Positions 46,068-56,960 of a stretch of 64,000 bases of DNA are shown one piece after another. How positions within the stretch are numbered: the stretch's first letter is position 1; each line of letters opens with the position of its first letter. The translations under genes were made by a program, and so were the position numbers. This stretch comes from Polyangiaceae bacterium (GTDB lineage: Bacteria > Myxococcota_A > Polyangia > Polyangiales > Polyangiaceae): positions 9,532 to 73,531 of the forward strand of contig JBGANF010000030.1 in assembly GCA_044222475.1 (NCBI GenBank), in the 5' to 3' direction. The notes below the pieces were generated by a model. The model ran no database searches. It worked only from the letters and a program-made list of their open reading frames with translations, and was not told where the DNA came from.

Positions 46068-46762
46068 CGCCAGCGCCGACGTCGCGCGTCCTCGGAGAGT
46101 GGCGCGCGCGCATCGCGGCCGAGTACACGTCGGCGACGATCACCCAGAGCCTCGTGCTGTGGCTCATGCAGGCGGCGGCTCCGCCCGATCTGATCGACGC
46201 CGGGCTCGTCATCGTGAGCGACGAGCTCGCCCATTCGCGGATGAGCCACGACGTCTACGTCGCCGCCGGGGGCACCGAGCCGCCGGTGCTCGATCGGGCG
46301 CGGCTCGGCCTCGTGCGCGAACGCGAATCGCTCGAAGACGACATCCTGTTCGCGTGCGTCCGCACCTTCTGCCTCGGCGAGACCATCGCGGTGCCCTTGT
46401 TTCGTCGCCTGCGCGAGCGGTGCACGGTGGACGTCGCGCGCGACGCGCTCGACCGCATCCTGCGCGACGAGGTGCGCCACCGCGACTTCGGGTGGGACCT
46501 CCTCGACTGGCGTTGCACCGTCGACGAGACGACGCCAGCGCAGGTGGCCGCGGCGCTTCCTGCGATGCTACGTGACCTCGAGAAGAGCTACGGCGGTGGG
46601 AACCGCGTCGTCTCGTCGGACGACGGCGTCATGTCGGACGACGAGCGTGCGTGGGGCCTCGCGCCTCCGCGCGAGTACGCCGAGGGCCTCGAGCGCACCC
46701 TCGAAAAAGAGTACGCCCCGCGCTTCGAAGCACGGGGCGTACGCTGGAACCGCGTTGCCTGA
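46064..46762 (+). CDS. Ferritin-like di-iron domain protein
   Basis: AEYTS, DELAH, GETIA, ILRDEVRH; GTG overlaps the upstream stop. Confidence 0.8.
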   Translation: MTPAPTSRVLGEWRARIAAEYTSATITQSLVLWLMQAAAPPDLIDAGLVIVSDELAHSRMSHDVYVAAGGTEPPVLDRARLGLVRERESLEDDILFACVRTFCLGETIAVPLFRRLRERCTVDVARDALDRILRDEVRHRDFGWDLLDWRCTVDETTPAQVAAALPAMLRDLEKSYGGGNRVVSSDDGVMSDDERAWGLAPPREYAEGLERTLEKEYAPRFEARGVRWNRVA

Positions 46763-46765
46763 GGT

Positions 46766-48019
<1,254 letters not shown>

Positions 48020-48121
48020 GACCTTTCCTCCACTTTTCCGCGGTTGCAGTCTCCGGAGCGCCTCTCTCCTCGGTCTGCTGCGGTTCCCGATCCGTTTTTT
48101 TGCGTTCTCTAGCCGGCCTTC

Positions 48122-49399
48122 TCAGAAGGCCGCCTTGATCCATTCCCAGAACCGACCCTTCGATTGCGGGGCGATTTCCTTCTCCGAGATCTGCGACTTG
48201 AGCCGAATCATCGAGGGCGCCGCGCTGACGATCTCGCGCGAGCGGGACTCGACGATCGAGGCCGCGCCGAACTTCACCAGGCCGACGCCGGTGGAGTACT
48301 GCGGACCTTGTACCAACTGGGTAATCCCCTTGACCCCGACGGGGTAACCGATGCGGACCGGCATGCCGAGGATCTCTTCGGCGAACTCGGGCATCCCTTC
48401 GAGGAGGACCGCGCCACCGGTGAGGATCACGCCAGCCGAGAGCTGCTCGAGCAGGCCGGTGTCCTCGATGCGCTTGCGGATCGCAGCGAACATCTCTTCG
48501 ACGCGCGGCTCGATGATGTCGGACAGGACGCGGCGCGCGGTGCGGCGCGGGGAGTGCCCGCCGACGCCCGGCACCTCGATCTCCTCTTCGTCGCCGACCA
48601 TGCGACCGAGCGCGCAACCGGAGTTGCGCTTGAGGCGGTCGGCCTCGGCCATCGGGGTGCGAAGCCCCGCGGCGACGTCGCTCGTGATGTTGTTGCCGCC
48701 GACCGGGATGACGCTCGTGTGCGCGATGCCGCCGTCGACGTAGAGCAGGATGTCCGTCGTGCCGCCGCCGATGTCGATGACCGCGGCGCCGATCTCTTTT
48801 TCGTCGTCGGAGAGGACCGCCTCGGCGCTCGCGAGCGGCTCGAGGACGACGTCGGCGACGGTGAGCCCGCAGCGCTCGGCGCAGCGGATTACGTTCTGGA
48901 CGCAGCTCGTGGCCGCGGTGACGAGGTTCACCTTCGCGCCGAGGCGGACGCCGCTCATCCCGATCGGGTCGCGGATGCCGTCCTGCGCGTCGACGACGTA
49001 CTCGCGCGGGAGCACGTGGAGGATCTGTCGGTCTGCGTCGACCGGGATCGCGCGCGCGCCTTCGAGCACGCGCTCGACGTCGGCTCGGGTCACCTCGCCA
49101 CCGGCGATCGCCGCGACGCCGTCCGACGTCTGCGACCGGATGTGGCTGCCGGCGACTCCGGCGTAGACGGTGCGAATCTCGACCCCCGCCATCGTCTGCG
49201 CGGCGTCGATCGCGTCTTTGATCGAACGCACGGTCCAGTCGATGTTGGACACGATGCCTTTGCGGAGGCCGCGACAGGGAACCGAGCCTACGCCGAGGAT
49301 GGTGATGCCGTCCGCGTCGACTTCGCCGACGACGGCGCACACCTTGGTGGTGCCGATGTCGAGCCCGACGACGATCTCGGATTCGGATTGGTGGGTCAT
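48122..49399 (-). CDS. ftsA: Cell division protein FtsA
   Basis: GLDIGTTKV, DIGGGTT, LTGG, C-terminal amphipathic helix FWEWIKAAF. Confidence 0.98.
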   Translation of the reverse strand: MTHQSESEIVVGLDIGTTKVCAVVGEVDADGITILGVGSVPCRGLRKGIVSNIDWTVRSIKDAIDAAQTMAGVEIRTVYAGVAGSHIRSQTSDGVAAIAGGEVTRADVERVLEGARAIPVDADRQILHVLPREYVVDAQDGIRDPIGMSGVRLGAKVNLVTAATSCVQNVIRCAERCGLTVADVVLEPLASAEAVLSDDEKEIGAAVIDIGGGTTDILLYVDGGIAHTSVIPVGGNNITSDVAAGLRTPMAEADRLKRNSGCALGRMVGDEEEIEVPGVGGHSPRRTARRVLSDIIEPRVEEMFAAIRKRIEDTGLLEQLSAGVILTGGAVLLEGMPEFAEEILGMPVRIGYPVGVKGITQLVQGPQYSTGVGLVKFGAASIVESRSREIVSAAPSMIRLKSQISEKEIAPQSKGRFWEWIKAAF

Positions 49400-49584
49400 C
49401 GCCTCCCCTCGTCGCATGCCGGGGGGATCAGGGCCAAATTCTCGACCGCTATTTTCGCCGTGGTTTCCGGCGATTTGAGCGACATCCTCGCACCTTCTGC
49501 CCTCCCTCTTGACCGATCAGGCCAAAATGGCGGCCACGGTGGCCACCATGAGAAGAGCGGGCCGCGAACGGGTAGAATGCGTGC

Positions 49585-51183
49585 ATGGGTGAGCGTTCCC
49601 CCCCGTTTCCCGAGAGGGTCGGGCGTTACGACGTCCTGCTCCCCATCGCGAGCGGCGGGATGGGGACCGTCTACCTCGCGCGCGCGACCAGCATCGGAGG
49701 CTTCGAGCGGGAGGTCGCGCTCAAGCTCATCCACTCGCACCTCAAGGACAACGCGTCGTTCGCCAGCGATCTCGTCGAGGAGGCGAAGATCACGGTACGC
49801 GTGCGTCATCCCAACGTCGTCAGCGTGATCGACGTCGGCGAAGATCCGTTCGGCATCTACCTCGTGATGGAGTACGTCGAGGGCGATACGCTCGCCGGCA
49901 TCCACAAGCGCGCGCTCGCCTCGCCGGAGCGTCAGCTCCCGGTGCGCATCGGCCTCAAGCTCCTGCTCGACGCCCTCACCGGGCTCCACGCGGCGCACGA
50001 GCTGAAGGACGCAGCCGGCAACCCGACCGGCCTCGTCCATCGTGATTTTTCGCCCCAGAACATCCTCGTGGGCGTGGATGGCATCGGACGGCTCACGGAC
50101 TTCGGGATCGCCAAGGCGGCGACGCGCATCAGCGACACGACCACGGGCACCATCAAGGGCAAGATCGCGTACATGGCGCCGGAGCAAGCGCGGGGCGCTG
50201 CGATCGATCGGCGCACCGACATCTGGGCCGCCGGCGTCGTCGCGTGGCAGATCCTCACTGGGCTGCGGTTGTACGCCGGGCAGGAGAACGAAGTCGCGAC
50301 CTTGCTCAAGATCGCGACCGAGCCGCCGCCTCGGATTCGAGACGTTCGCCCCGACGTCGCTCCGGTGTTCGACGAAGCGGTCGCGCGCGCGCTCACGATG
50401 GATGCGGATCACCGCTGGCCCACCGCGCTCGCGTTCAAGCAAGCGCTCCTCGAAGCGTGCCGAGCGCAACACGAGGTCGCCGACACCGACGAGGTCGCGG
50501 CGTTCGTGACCCGCGTCGTCGATCCGGTCGTGGCCGAGCGGCGGCGGCGCGTCGACGAGATCCTTCGCCTCCGCGCCGAGGTGGTGAAGATCGCCGCGCG
50601 CGCGGACGCGAGCGAGCCGGTCATGACTCCGAGCCAGAAGATCGCGGCGGTTGCGCGGGCGCCCGCCAGCGCCGACGAGCCCGAGACGCTCGTCCTCGCC
50701 GAGCCCAAGACGCTCGTCGCCGAGGCGAAGACGCTGACGGCTCCGGCGCCCGTTCCGCGCGTCGAGATCACGCGCACCGACACGACGAGCGTCACGGAGC
50801 CGCGCGTTGTCGTCCCCCCATCTGCCCCGGCCCCGCGATGGACGCCGATCCTCTACGCCGCTGGCGGCGTGGTCGCTGCGTCGATCATCTTCCTCGCCGT
50901 CGCCGTCGCCCTCCGCGGCCCGACGACGACGAGCACCGCCATCCAGACGCTACCGGTCAGCGCATCGGTCACCGCGGCGGTCCCCGTCGCCACCACCGCC
51001 GTCGGGACCTCCATCGAGACCGATCCGACACCGATGGTCACCGCTCCGACATCCGCCCCCTCCGCGTCCGCGAGCGCGGCGCCTCATCCGACCGCGACGA
51101 CGAGCCCGCACGTCGCGAAGCCGATCCCGAAGGCGACCGCCACGCAGTCGCCGCTTCCACGGTCGCCATACGAGGGGAAATGA
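49585..51183 (+). CDS. Membrane Ser/Thr protein kinase (Hanks type)
   Basis: ASGGMGTVY, VALK, HRDFSPQN, DFG, YMAPE, DIW; TM helix and Thr/Pro tail. Confidence 0.95.
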   Translation: MGERSPPFPERVGRYDVLLPIASGGMGTVYLARATSIGGFEREVALKLIHSHLKDNASFASDLVEEAKITVRVRHPNVVSVIDVGEDPFGIYLVMEYVEGDTLAGIHKRALASPERQLPVRIGLKLLLDALTGLHAAHELKDAAGNPTGLVHRDFSPQNILVGVDGIGRLTDFGIAKAATRISDTTTGTIKGKIAYMAPEQARGAAIDRRTDIWAAGVVAWQILTGLRLYAGQENEVATLLKIATEPPPRIRDVRPDVAPVFDEAVARALTMDADHRWPTALAFKQALLEACRAQHEVADTDEVAAFVTRVVDPVVAERRRRVDEILRLRAEVVKIAARADASEPVMTPSQKIAAVARAPASADEPETLVLAEPKTLVAEAKTLTAPAPVPRVEITRTDTTSVTEPRVVVPPSAPAPRWTPILYAAGGVVAASIIFLAVAVALRGPTTTSTAIQTLPVSASVTAAVPVATTAVGTSIETDPTPMVTAPTSAPSASASAAPHPTATTSPHVAKPIPKATATQSPLPRSPYEGK

Positions 51184-52049
51184 GAAGCGCCGCGGTCATC
51201 GCTTGCGTGGTTGCCGTGACGACGCTGTCGAGAGCAACGCTCGCCGACGACGCGAAATCGGCCGCCGAGCACTTCCGCGAAGGTCAGCGCGCCTACGAAG
51301 CCCATGACTACAAGCACGCGGCCGAAGAGTTCGAGGCGGCGAACAAGGCGAAGCCAGCCGCCGCCGCGCTCCTCGGCGCCGCTCTCTCGTGGGAGCACGG
51401 GGGCGATGCCGTGCGAGCAGCCAACGATTTCGCGGCCGCGCTCGATGCGGGCGGACTGGAGGCTCGCGACGCCGCGACCGCGAGGGCTCACCTGGCCGAT
51501 CTCGACGCGAAGGTAGGTCACCTCGAGATCCGCGGTGAGGCCGCTGCCCGGGTGACCGTCGACGGGGACTACCTCGGTCCGCTGCCGCTCGACGTCCGGG
51601 TGATCCCCGGCGATCACGCGGTGGAGCTCACCGCGGCCACGGGAGCGACGATCCGTCGCGTCGTGACGGTGGGACCAGGGCTCACGCTCCGCGTCGACAT
51701 GTCCCAACCCAAGGCCGCTCCGGAGACCCCGCCGCCGGAACCGAGCTCGGGCTCGACGCAGCGCATTCTCGGGTGGACCGGTGTCGGCGTGGGCGGAGGT
51801 GCGGTGGTCGCCGGCGTGATCGTGGGCGTGGTGGGGATCTCGACGCGGAACGAGTTCGTGGATGGCGGCGCCGTCGATGCCGCACTGCACGATCAAGCCG
51901 TCGCGATGCGCACATGGGCCAACGTCTTGCTCATCAGCGGCGCAGTGCTCGGCATCGTCGGCGGCGTGCTCCTCTTCACCGCGCCACGCGCGAGCGCCGT
52001 CGGTGTCGGTGTCGGTCCGGCGAGCGCGACCTTGCGGGTGACGTTTTGA
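51180..52049 (+). CDS. TPR + PEGA-domain exported/membrane protein
   Basis: Signal peptide, TPR (HFREGQRAY), PEGA (VTVDG...PGDHAV), C-terminal hydrophobic hairpin. Confidence 0.8.
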   Translation: MRSAAVIACVVAVTTLSRATLADDAKSAAEHFREGQRAYEAHDYKHAAEEFEAANKAKPAAAALLGAALSWEHGGDAVRAANDFAAALDAGGLEARDAATARAHLADLDAKVGHLEIRGEAAARVTVDGDYLGPLPLDVRVIPGDHAVELTAATGATIRRVVTVGPGLTLRVDMSQPKAAPETPPPEPSSGSTQRILGWTGVGVGGGAVVAGVIVGVVGISTRNEFVDGGAVDAALHDQAVAMRTWANVLLISGAVLGIVGGVLLFTAPRASAVGVGVGPASATLRVTF

Positions 52050-53092
52050 GTCGCCGGTCGCGCGTGACTCTCGTGATCGTGGCGCTCGGCGCGATGAGCG
52101 CGCTCGGCGTGGGCGCGTGCGGCTTCGAGGTGCCCGACGTGGTGCAGCAGACGAACGACTCCGGTACGTCCGACGTGACGATCGACGATGGCGGCCTCGT
52201 CGACGCGCGCGATGCCGACGCCGACGCCGACGTCGGGCTCCCGACCTGCAACCCGAACGCGCCGTTCGCCGCACCGGTGCTCGTCGCCGAGCTTGCCGAC
52301 CCGAACGTGAGCTTCGAGTCGCGTGAGCCTCGGCTCTCCGCCGACGAGCGCACGATCTACTTCTCGTTCGGGCCGGCGGGCGGAACGTTCGTGCTCTTCT
52401 ACGCCAGCCGCCCATCGGCCAGCGTACCGTTCGGAGCGAAGGCGGCGGTCGCAGGGCTCACCGGCGGAAGCGGTTCGGACAACAACATCACGCTCTCCGC
52501 CGACGGGCTCGTCGCGCTCATCTCGTCGAATCGAACGAGCGGCGCGAACAACCCCAAGAGCTCCCAGATCTGGTCCACGACGCGGGCGAACTTGTCGGCG
52601 CCCTTCGCTGCGCCGCAGTGGGCGCAAAACAAGTTCGGGTCCACGAGCGACGACATGGACCCGTTCTTCATCCCGGACGCTGGCGGCCTCTTCTACGCCG
52701 CCCACATCGACTACTTCGACCAGAACGTCGTGAAGATCAAGCGCTGGACGTACGGCGGCGGCACCACCTATTCCGCGGCGACCGGCCCGGCCTTCTCGCC
52801 ACCGAATGCTGCCGCCAAGGACCGCGCCCCGGTGCTCACGCCGGACGAGCTCCGAATCTTCTACGCCACGAACGCCGCACCCGACGGAGGCGTGGTGGCG
52901 GGCGGCAACATCTGGACTGCATCCCGGCCCGACAGAGCAGTGGGTTGGGGAACGCCCTCGATCGTCACCGAGCTTGCGGGGTTCGGTACGTATCCGCGAC
53001 CAGGTTGGGTGTCGGCCAATGGGTGTCGGCTCTATCTCACGAGCAACAAGTCGGGGCGCAACCTGATCTACCTGGCGCAACGGGGCAAATGA
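52046..53092 (+). CDS. PD40/WD40-like propeller lipoprotein, paralog 1
   Basis: Lipobox VGAC; PRLSADERTIYF, LSADG, PVLTPDELRIFY, VSANGCRLYL. Confidence 0.8.
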   Translation: MSRRSRVTLVIVALGAMSALGVGACGFEVPDVVQQTNDSGTSDVTIDDGGLVDARDADADADVGLPTCNPNAPFAAPVLVAELADPNVSFESREPRLSADERTIYFSFGPAGGTFVLFYASRPSASVPFGAKAAVAGLTGGSGSDNNITLSADGLVALISSNRTSGANNPKSSQIWSTTRANLSAPFAAPQWAQNKFGSTSDDMDPFFIPDAGGLFYAAHIDYFDQNVVKIKRWTYGGGTTYSAATGPAFSPPNAAAKDRAPVLTPDELRIFYATNAAPDGGVVAGGNIWTASRPDRAVGWGTPSIVTELAGFGTYPRPGWVSANGCRLYLTSNKSGRNLIYLAQRGK

Positions 53093-54156
53093 CCGTCCGA
53101 CCTCCCCGGCGGCGCGCGTGGCGCGTTCCCCTCGCAGTGGTCGCGCTCGGTGGTTCGAGCGCAGCGCTCGCGAACGCGTGCGCCTACGAGGTGCCCGAAG
53201 TCGTGACACCGCTGGTGGACTCCGGCGGCACCGACGTGATCGTCGGCGACGGAGGATCGACCGACGCGAGTGACGCAGACGCCGATGCCGACGCGGCGAC
53301 CGGGACGTGCAACCCGATCGCCCCGTTCGGAACCCCGGTGCTCATCCCTGAGCTCGCCGACCCCAACGTCACGTACGAGTCGCGCGAGCCGCGTCTCTCC
53401 GCCGACGAGCTGACCGTCTACTTCGCTTTTGGTCCGCAGAACGGGACGTTCGTACTCTTCACTGCCACTCGACCGTCGATGACGGCGACGTTCGGGGCGA
53501 AGGCTCCGATCGCCGGACTCACTGGCGGGAGCGGATCGGACAACAACATCACGGTCTCGGCGGATGGGCTCGTCGCGCTCCTTTCGTCGAACCGAACGCA
53601 AGGGTCGGTGAACCCGAACGTCTCGCAGCTCTGGTCGACCTCGCGCCCAAACGCGTCGGCGGCGTTCGCCACTCCGGTCTGGTCCAACACGGGCTTCGGA
53701 TCCCAGAACGGGGACTATGATCCGTTCTTCATCCCCGGCGCCGGCGGACTCTTCTACTCGGTGTACGCCGACCTCAACACGGGGATCCTGAAGATCAAGC
53801 GCTCGGTCTACGCGGGGAACAACACCTACAACGGCGCGTCGGGGCCCGGATTCGCTCCGCCGAACGCGGCGGCCAGCGATCGCGCTCCCGTTCTCACGCC
53901 GGACGAGCTGCGGATCTTCTACGCCTCCAACGCCGGCCTCGACGGTGGCGTGCTCCCACCCGGCAACGGCAACATCTGGACGTCCGCGCGCCCCAGCAGC
54001 GCCGTCGGGTGGCCGCCACCGATCGCGGTCGCCGAGCTCGTGAACTTCGGCACCTATCCGCGACCCGGATGGGTGTCTGCGAACGGCTGCCGCCTCTACC
54101 TCACCAGCAACAAGTCGGGCCGAAACCTGATCTACGTCGCGACGCGCGGGAAGTGA
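53089..54156 (+). CDS. PD40/WD40-like propeller lipoprotein, paralog 2
   Basis: Lipobox ANAC; same motifs as the preceding gene (tandem duplicate). Confidence 0.8.
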   Translation: MTVRPPRRRAWRVPLAVVALGGSSAALANACAYEVPEVVTPLVDSGGTDVIVGDGGSTDASDADADADAATGTCNPIAPFGTPVLIPELADPNVTYESREPRLSADELTVYFAFGPQNGTFVLFTATRPSMTATFGAKAPIAGLTGGSGSDNNITVSADGLVALLSSNRTQGSVNPNVSQLWSTSRPNASAAFATPVWSNTGFGSQNGDYDPFFIPGAGGLFYSVYADLNTGILKIKRSVYAGNNTYNGASGPGFAPPNAAASDRAPVLTPDELRIFYASNAGLDGGVLPPGNGNIWTSARPSSAVGWPPPIAVAELVNFGTYPRPGWVSANGCRLYLTSNKSGRNLIYVATRGK

Positions 54157-54160
54157 GGGA

Positions 54161-55036
54161 TCAGCCGAGCGCGCTCAGAAGCTCGTCGCGCTCGGCGACG
54201 AGCTTCTTCGAGTTGATCGCCCGCTTGATGAGCCTCTTCGCTTCGTCGCGATCTGCCGGCCCGAGGCGGCCGATCCAGTCCTTCCGAAGCGCGGCCACCT
54301 GCTCGCGCTGGCTCAGCTTCGTTTCGTCGAGCCACTTCTCGAGCTCGACGACGACCTCCGAGCGCGGTGCATCGCTGGGCGGTCGCGGCGGCGGCGCTTC
54401 GGCGGGCGCCGGATCGGCTGCCGCCGGAGTGGAGGCACGGGTGGGTGCTGCGGGCGCGTTCGGTCGCGGCGGCGGCGGGCGACGACGCGGCGTGAAGCGG
54501 AGGTTCGCGAGCTCGTCGGGGAGGCGGCCCTGTTGCTTCGCCCACTGGCGCAGGTCCTCGCGCACGTCGTCGAGTTGGTCGGCGTCGCTACTCACCTCTT
54601 CGCCGATGGTGGCGGTACCCCAGACGTCGAAGTGATGGTTCCGAGAGAGGACGACGGTGTCGACCTTTGCGTCGCCGAAGACCAGCGTGGCGTAGCGCTC
54701 GTCGTGACCGAGGAGCCGCTGCACGTGGAGGTCGCCGAGGACCACGAGGTATCCGCTGTTGTAGAGGCTGTGGGTGATCAGGTTTCCGCGCACGAAGACG
54801 ACGCCTCCGTCGTTCTCCACCCAACCGTCGACGACGAGGTCGCCGTCGATGAAGGTCGCTCCGCGGGCGTCTGCGAGCTCGGCGAAGTCGCAGCGGGCGA
54901 CCTCGAACAGCATGGCGCCGCCGTAGATGAGGACCTCTCGGTCGGCGTCCATCCCAATTCGGGATCCCTTCCGCGCGAAGTCGTCGGCGAAGGGGGCGAG
55001 GTACTTGGCCGCTTGGGCCGGAACGAGCCGTTTCAC
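54161..55036 (-). CDS. Hypothetical protein with beta-helix-like repeats, Pro linker and helical C-domain
   Basis: IDGDLVVDG, VFVRGNL, LVVLGDLHV, LVFGDA repeats. Start GTG 55036 (or TTG 55072 inside the repeat). Confidence 0.6.
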   Translation of the reverse strand: MKRLVPAQAAKYLAPFADDFARKGSRIGMDADREVLIYGGAMLFEVARCDFAELADARGATFIDGDLVVDGWVENDGGVVFVRGNLITHSLYNSGYLVVLGDLHVQRLLGHDERYATLVFGDAKVDTVVLSRNHHFDVWGTATIGEEVSSDADQLDDVREDLRQWAKQQGRLPDELANLRFTPRRRPPPPRPNAPAAPTRASTPAAADPAPAEAPPPRPPSDAPRSEVVVELEKWLDETKLSQREQVAALRKDWIGRLGPADRDEAKRLIKRAINSKKLVAERDELLSALG

Positions 55037-55046
55037 GCCCGGAGCT

Positions 55047-56054
55047 TGAGGGGACGGTGTCAACCTTGTCAACCTTTGGTCACCGCGCGCACCACTTCAT
55101 CCACGGCACGTTGCTCCTCGTCCGATAGTCTGCGCGCAGCAACCGTGGATGCTCGCTGGCGAGTCACCCCCAGCGCGGATGCGGCGTCACTCAACGGAAT
55201 CCCCAGCTGGACCGCCGCGTGAATCACGGCGCGCCGGGCGGCTCCGCGTGCGTATGGCCGCCTCAGCGTGGCCATTCCGACGGCGAATCGCGCCCGCGCA
55301 GCGCGGAGAACATCGGCTACCTCGGGCCGCAGCGCCGCCGACGGGCGCGCGACGATCGGCACGAGGACAGGGTCGACCAGAGTCGGCGTACCAACCTCGA
55401 CCGGACCTCGTCGTCGCGCCGCGGAGCGCACTGCGCCCATGTTCGGCAGCTCGATGATCGTCGTTCGCGACGTGACGAACGCGTCGAATTCGTCCGGCCG
55501 GCCGCCAGACCCGGCCAGCGCGAGGCCCTCATCCACGTGGAGCCAACGACGCGCGGGCAGACGCCCGACGTAGACGCCATGGCTGCTCCAAGCTGACGCT
55601 GCGGCGGAAGCGACGACGCCGGCCCGAACGGGGTTGTTGTGGACGTAGGCGAGCACCTCGGCGACGCGGTGGGGTGGTACGTGATGGGCGGCGGGCCGGT
55701 CGGCGAACACAGGTCCCAGCCTGCCTCGCCGCTTGTTCATCCATTGGGCAAAGGGCGAGTGTGCGCGATGCGCCCATGACGCGAGCGGCTCGTCGCCTGC
55801 GACGAAGGCCAGGTGAACGTGGTTGCTCATCAGGCAATAAGCGAGGCAGCGCCAATCCGAGCGGTGTAGGGATCGCCCGAGGAAATTGAGGTATTTCGTC
55901 CGCTCCTCGGCGTCCTGGAAGAGCCAGCTCCGATCAACGAAGCGGGAGATGACGTGGTGGACTCCACCGGCATGGATCAAACGCGCAACTCTGGGCATGA
56001 CAGCCCATCGGCCGGGCGAGCCCAAAGGTTGACAAGGTTGACACCGTCCCCTCA
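55047..56054. mobile_element. RAYT-type HUH gene bounded by perfect 33-bp inverted repeats
   Basis: tgaggggacggtgtcaaccttgtcaacctttgg (55047-55079) and its exact reverse complement (56022-56054). Confidence 0.8.
55069..55998 (-). CDS. REP-associated tyrosine (Y1 HUH) transposase-like protein with C-terminal HTH
   Basis: MPRVAR...HHVISR, YCLMSNHVHL (HUH), YVHNNPVRAG (catalytic Tyr), WSS; HTH LSDAASALGVTRQRAS. Confidence 0.88.
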   Translation of the reverse strand: MPRVARLIHAGGVHHVISRFVDRSWLFQDAEERTKYLNFLGRSLHRSDWRCLAYCLMSNHVHLAFVAGDEPLASWAHRAHSPFAQWMNKRRGRLGPVFADRPAAHHVPPHRVAEVLAYVHNNPVRAGVVASAAASAWSSHGVYVGRLPARRWLHVDEGLALAGSGGRPDEFDAFVTSRTTIIELPNMGAVRSAARRRGPVEVGTPTLVDPVLVPIVARPSAALRPEVADVLRAARARFAVGMATLRRPYARGAARRAVIHAAVQLGIPLSDAASALGVTRQRASTVAARRLSDEEQRAVDEVVRAVTKG

Positions 56055-56960
56055 GCGGACGCGGGCCACGACTCGATCGCCTCGCGCTTCGTTGTCCGCG
56101 AGGACCGCGTCGGCCTTCTGGCCCCGCTTGTCGAGCTCTCGGAGAACCGCCGCGCACTCGTCGAGCTTGCGCCGGTACGGCGGCGAGCCGAGGACGAGCG
56201 AGACCCCGAGCTGGCCGACGACGAGCGTGAGACCGCCCGCCTTCTCGACGTGGACCTCTTGCAGCGCGTACCGCGTCCCCAGCGTGCTCTGCGCGTAGTC
56301 CGCAGCGACGTCGAGCGCGCGCTGCAGCGTGCGGGTGAGCACCTCTTTGTCAGTGCCGGCCGCGTCGGCCGACAGCCCGGTGATGATCGGCAGGTCCGAC
56401 GGGTCGCCGGGCTCCACCCGCTTGAACACCTCGCCCGAGGGCGAGACGAGGTACGTCTCGTCGAGCGCCACGATCGCGACGGCCGTGCGCTCCTTCACCG
56501 AGATCAGCACGGTGTCGGGCAAGCGGCGCCCCAGCGTCGCCTCGGCGACCCACGGGTCGGCCTCGATCTTCCGCTTCGCACCGTCGAGGTCGATCGAGAA
56601 GACGTTCTTCCCGAGGGTGATGCCGCCTTCGTCGAGGATCGCCTCTTTCGGCCGGCGTACGTTGCCCTCGACGATCGTCTCTTTGAGCGCGAAGCGCGGG
56701 CTCGTGTCCACGTAGCGCCGCGCGCCCCACGCGACGGCGAGCGACACCGAAGCGACCAGCGCGAAGCCGAACACCGTGCGCGCGTGCGCGAACACCGCCG
56801 GCCATCGGCTCGGCCTTGCGTCGGGCTTCTTGTGAGCCTTCGACCTTGGCTTCTTCGACGGCGCCGGCTCGACGAGGTCCTCGGGCTCGAGACCTTCGAG
56901 GACGTCGGGTTGCGGAGCGACCTTCTTCAGCCGTCGATTCTGCGGACGCACGGAGCTCAC
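56052..56960 (-). CDS. ftsQ: Cell division protein FtsQ
   Basis: Cytoplasmic tail, TM, POTRA (VEGN...DPWVAEA...[14 protein letters not shown]); follows murC. Confidence 0.9.
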   Translation of the reverse strand: MSSVRPQNRRLKKVAPQPDVLEGLEPEDLVEPAPSKKPRSKAHKKPDARPSRWPAVFAHARTVFGFALVASVSLAVAWGARRYVDTSPRFALKETIVEGNVRRPKEAILDEGGITLGKNVFSIDLDGAKRKIEADPWVAEATLGRRLPDTVLISVKERTAVAIVALDETYLVSPSGEVFKRVEPGDPSDLPIITGLSADAAGTDKEVLTRTLQRALDVAADYAQSTLGTRYALQEVHVEKAGGLTLVVGQLGVSLVLGSPPYRRKLDECAAVLRELDKRGQKADAVLADNEARGDRVVARVR

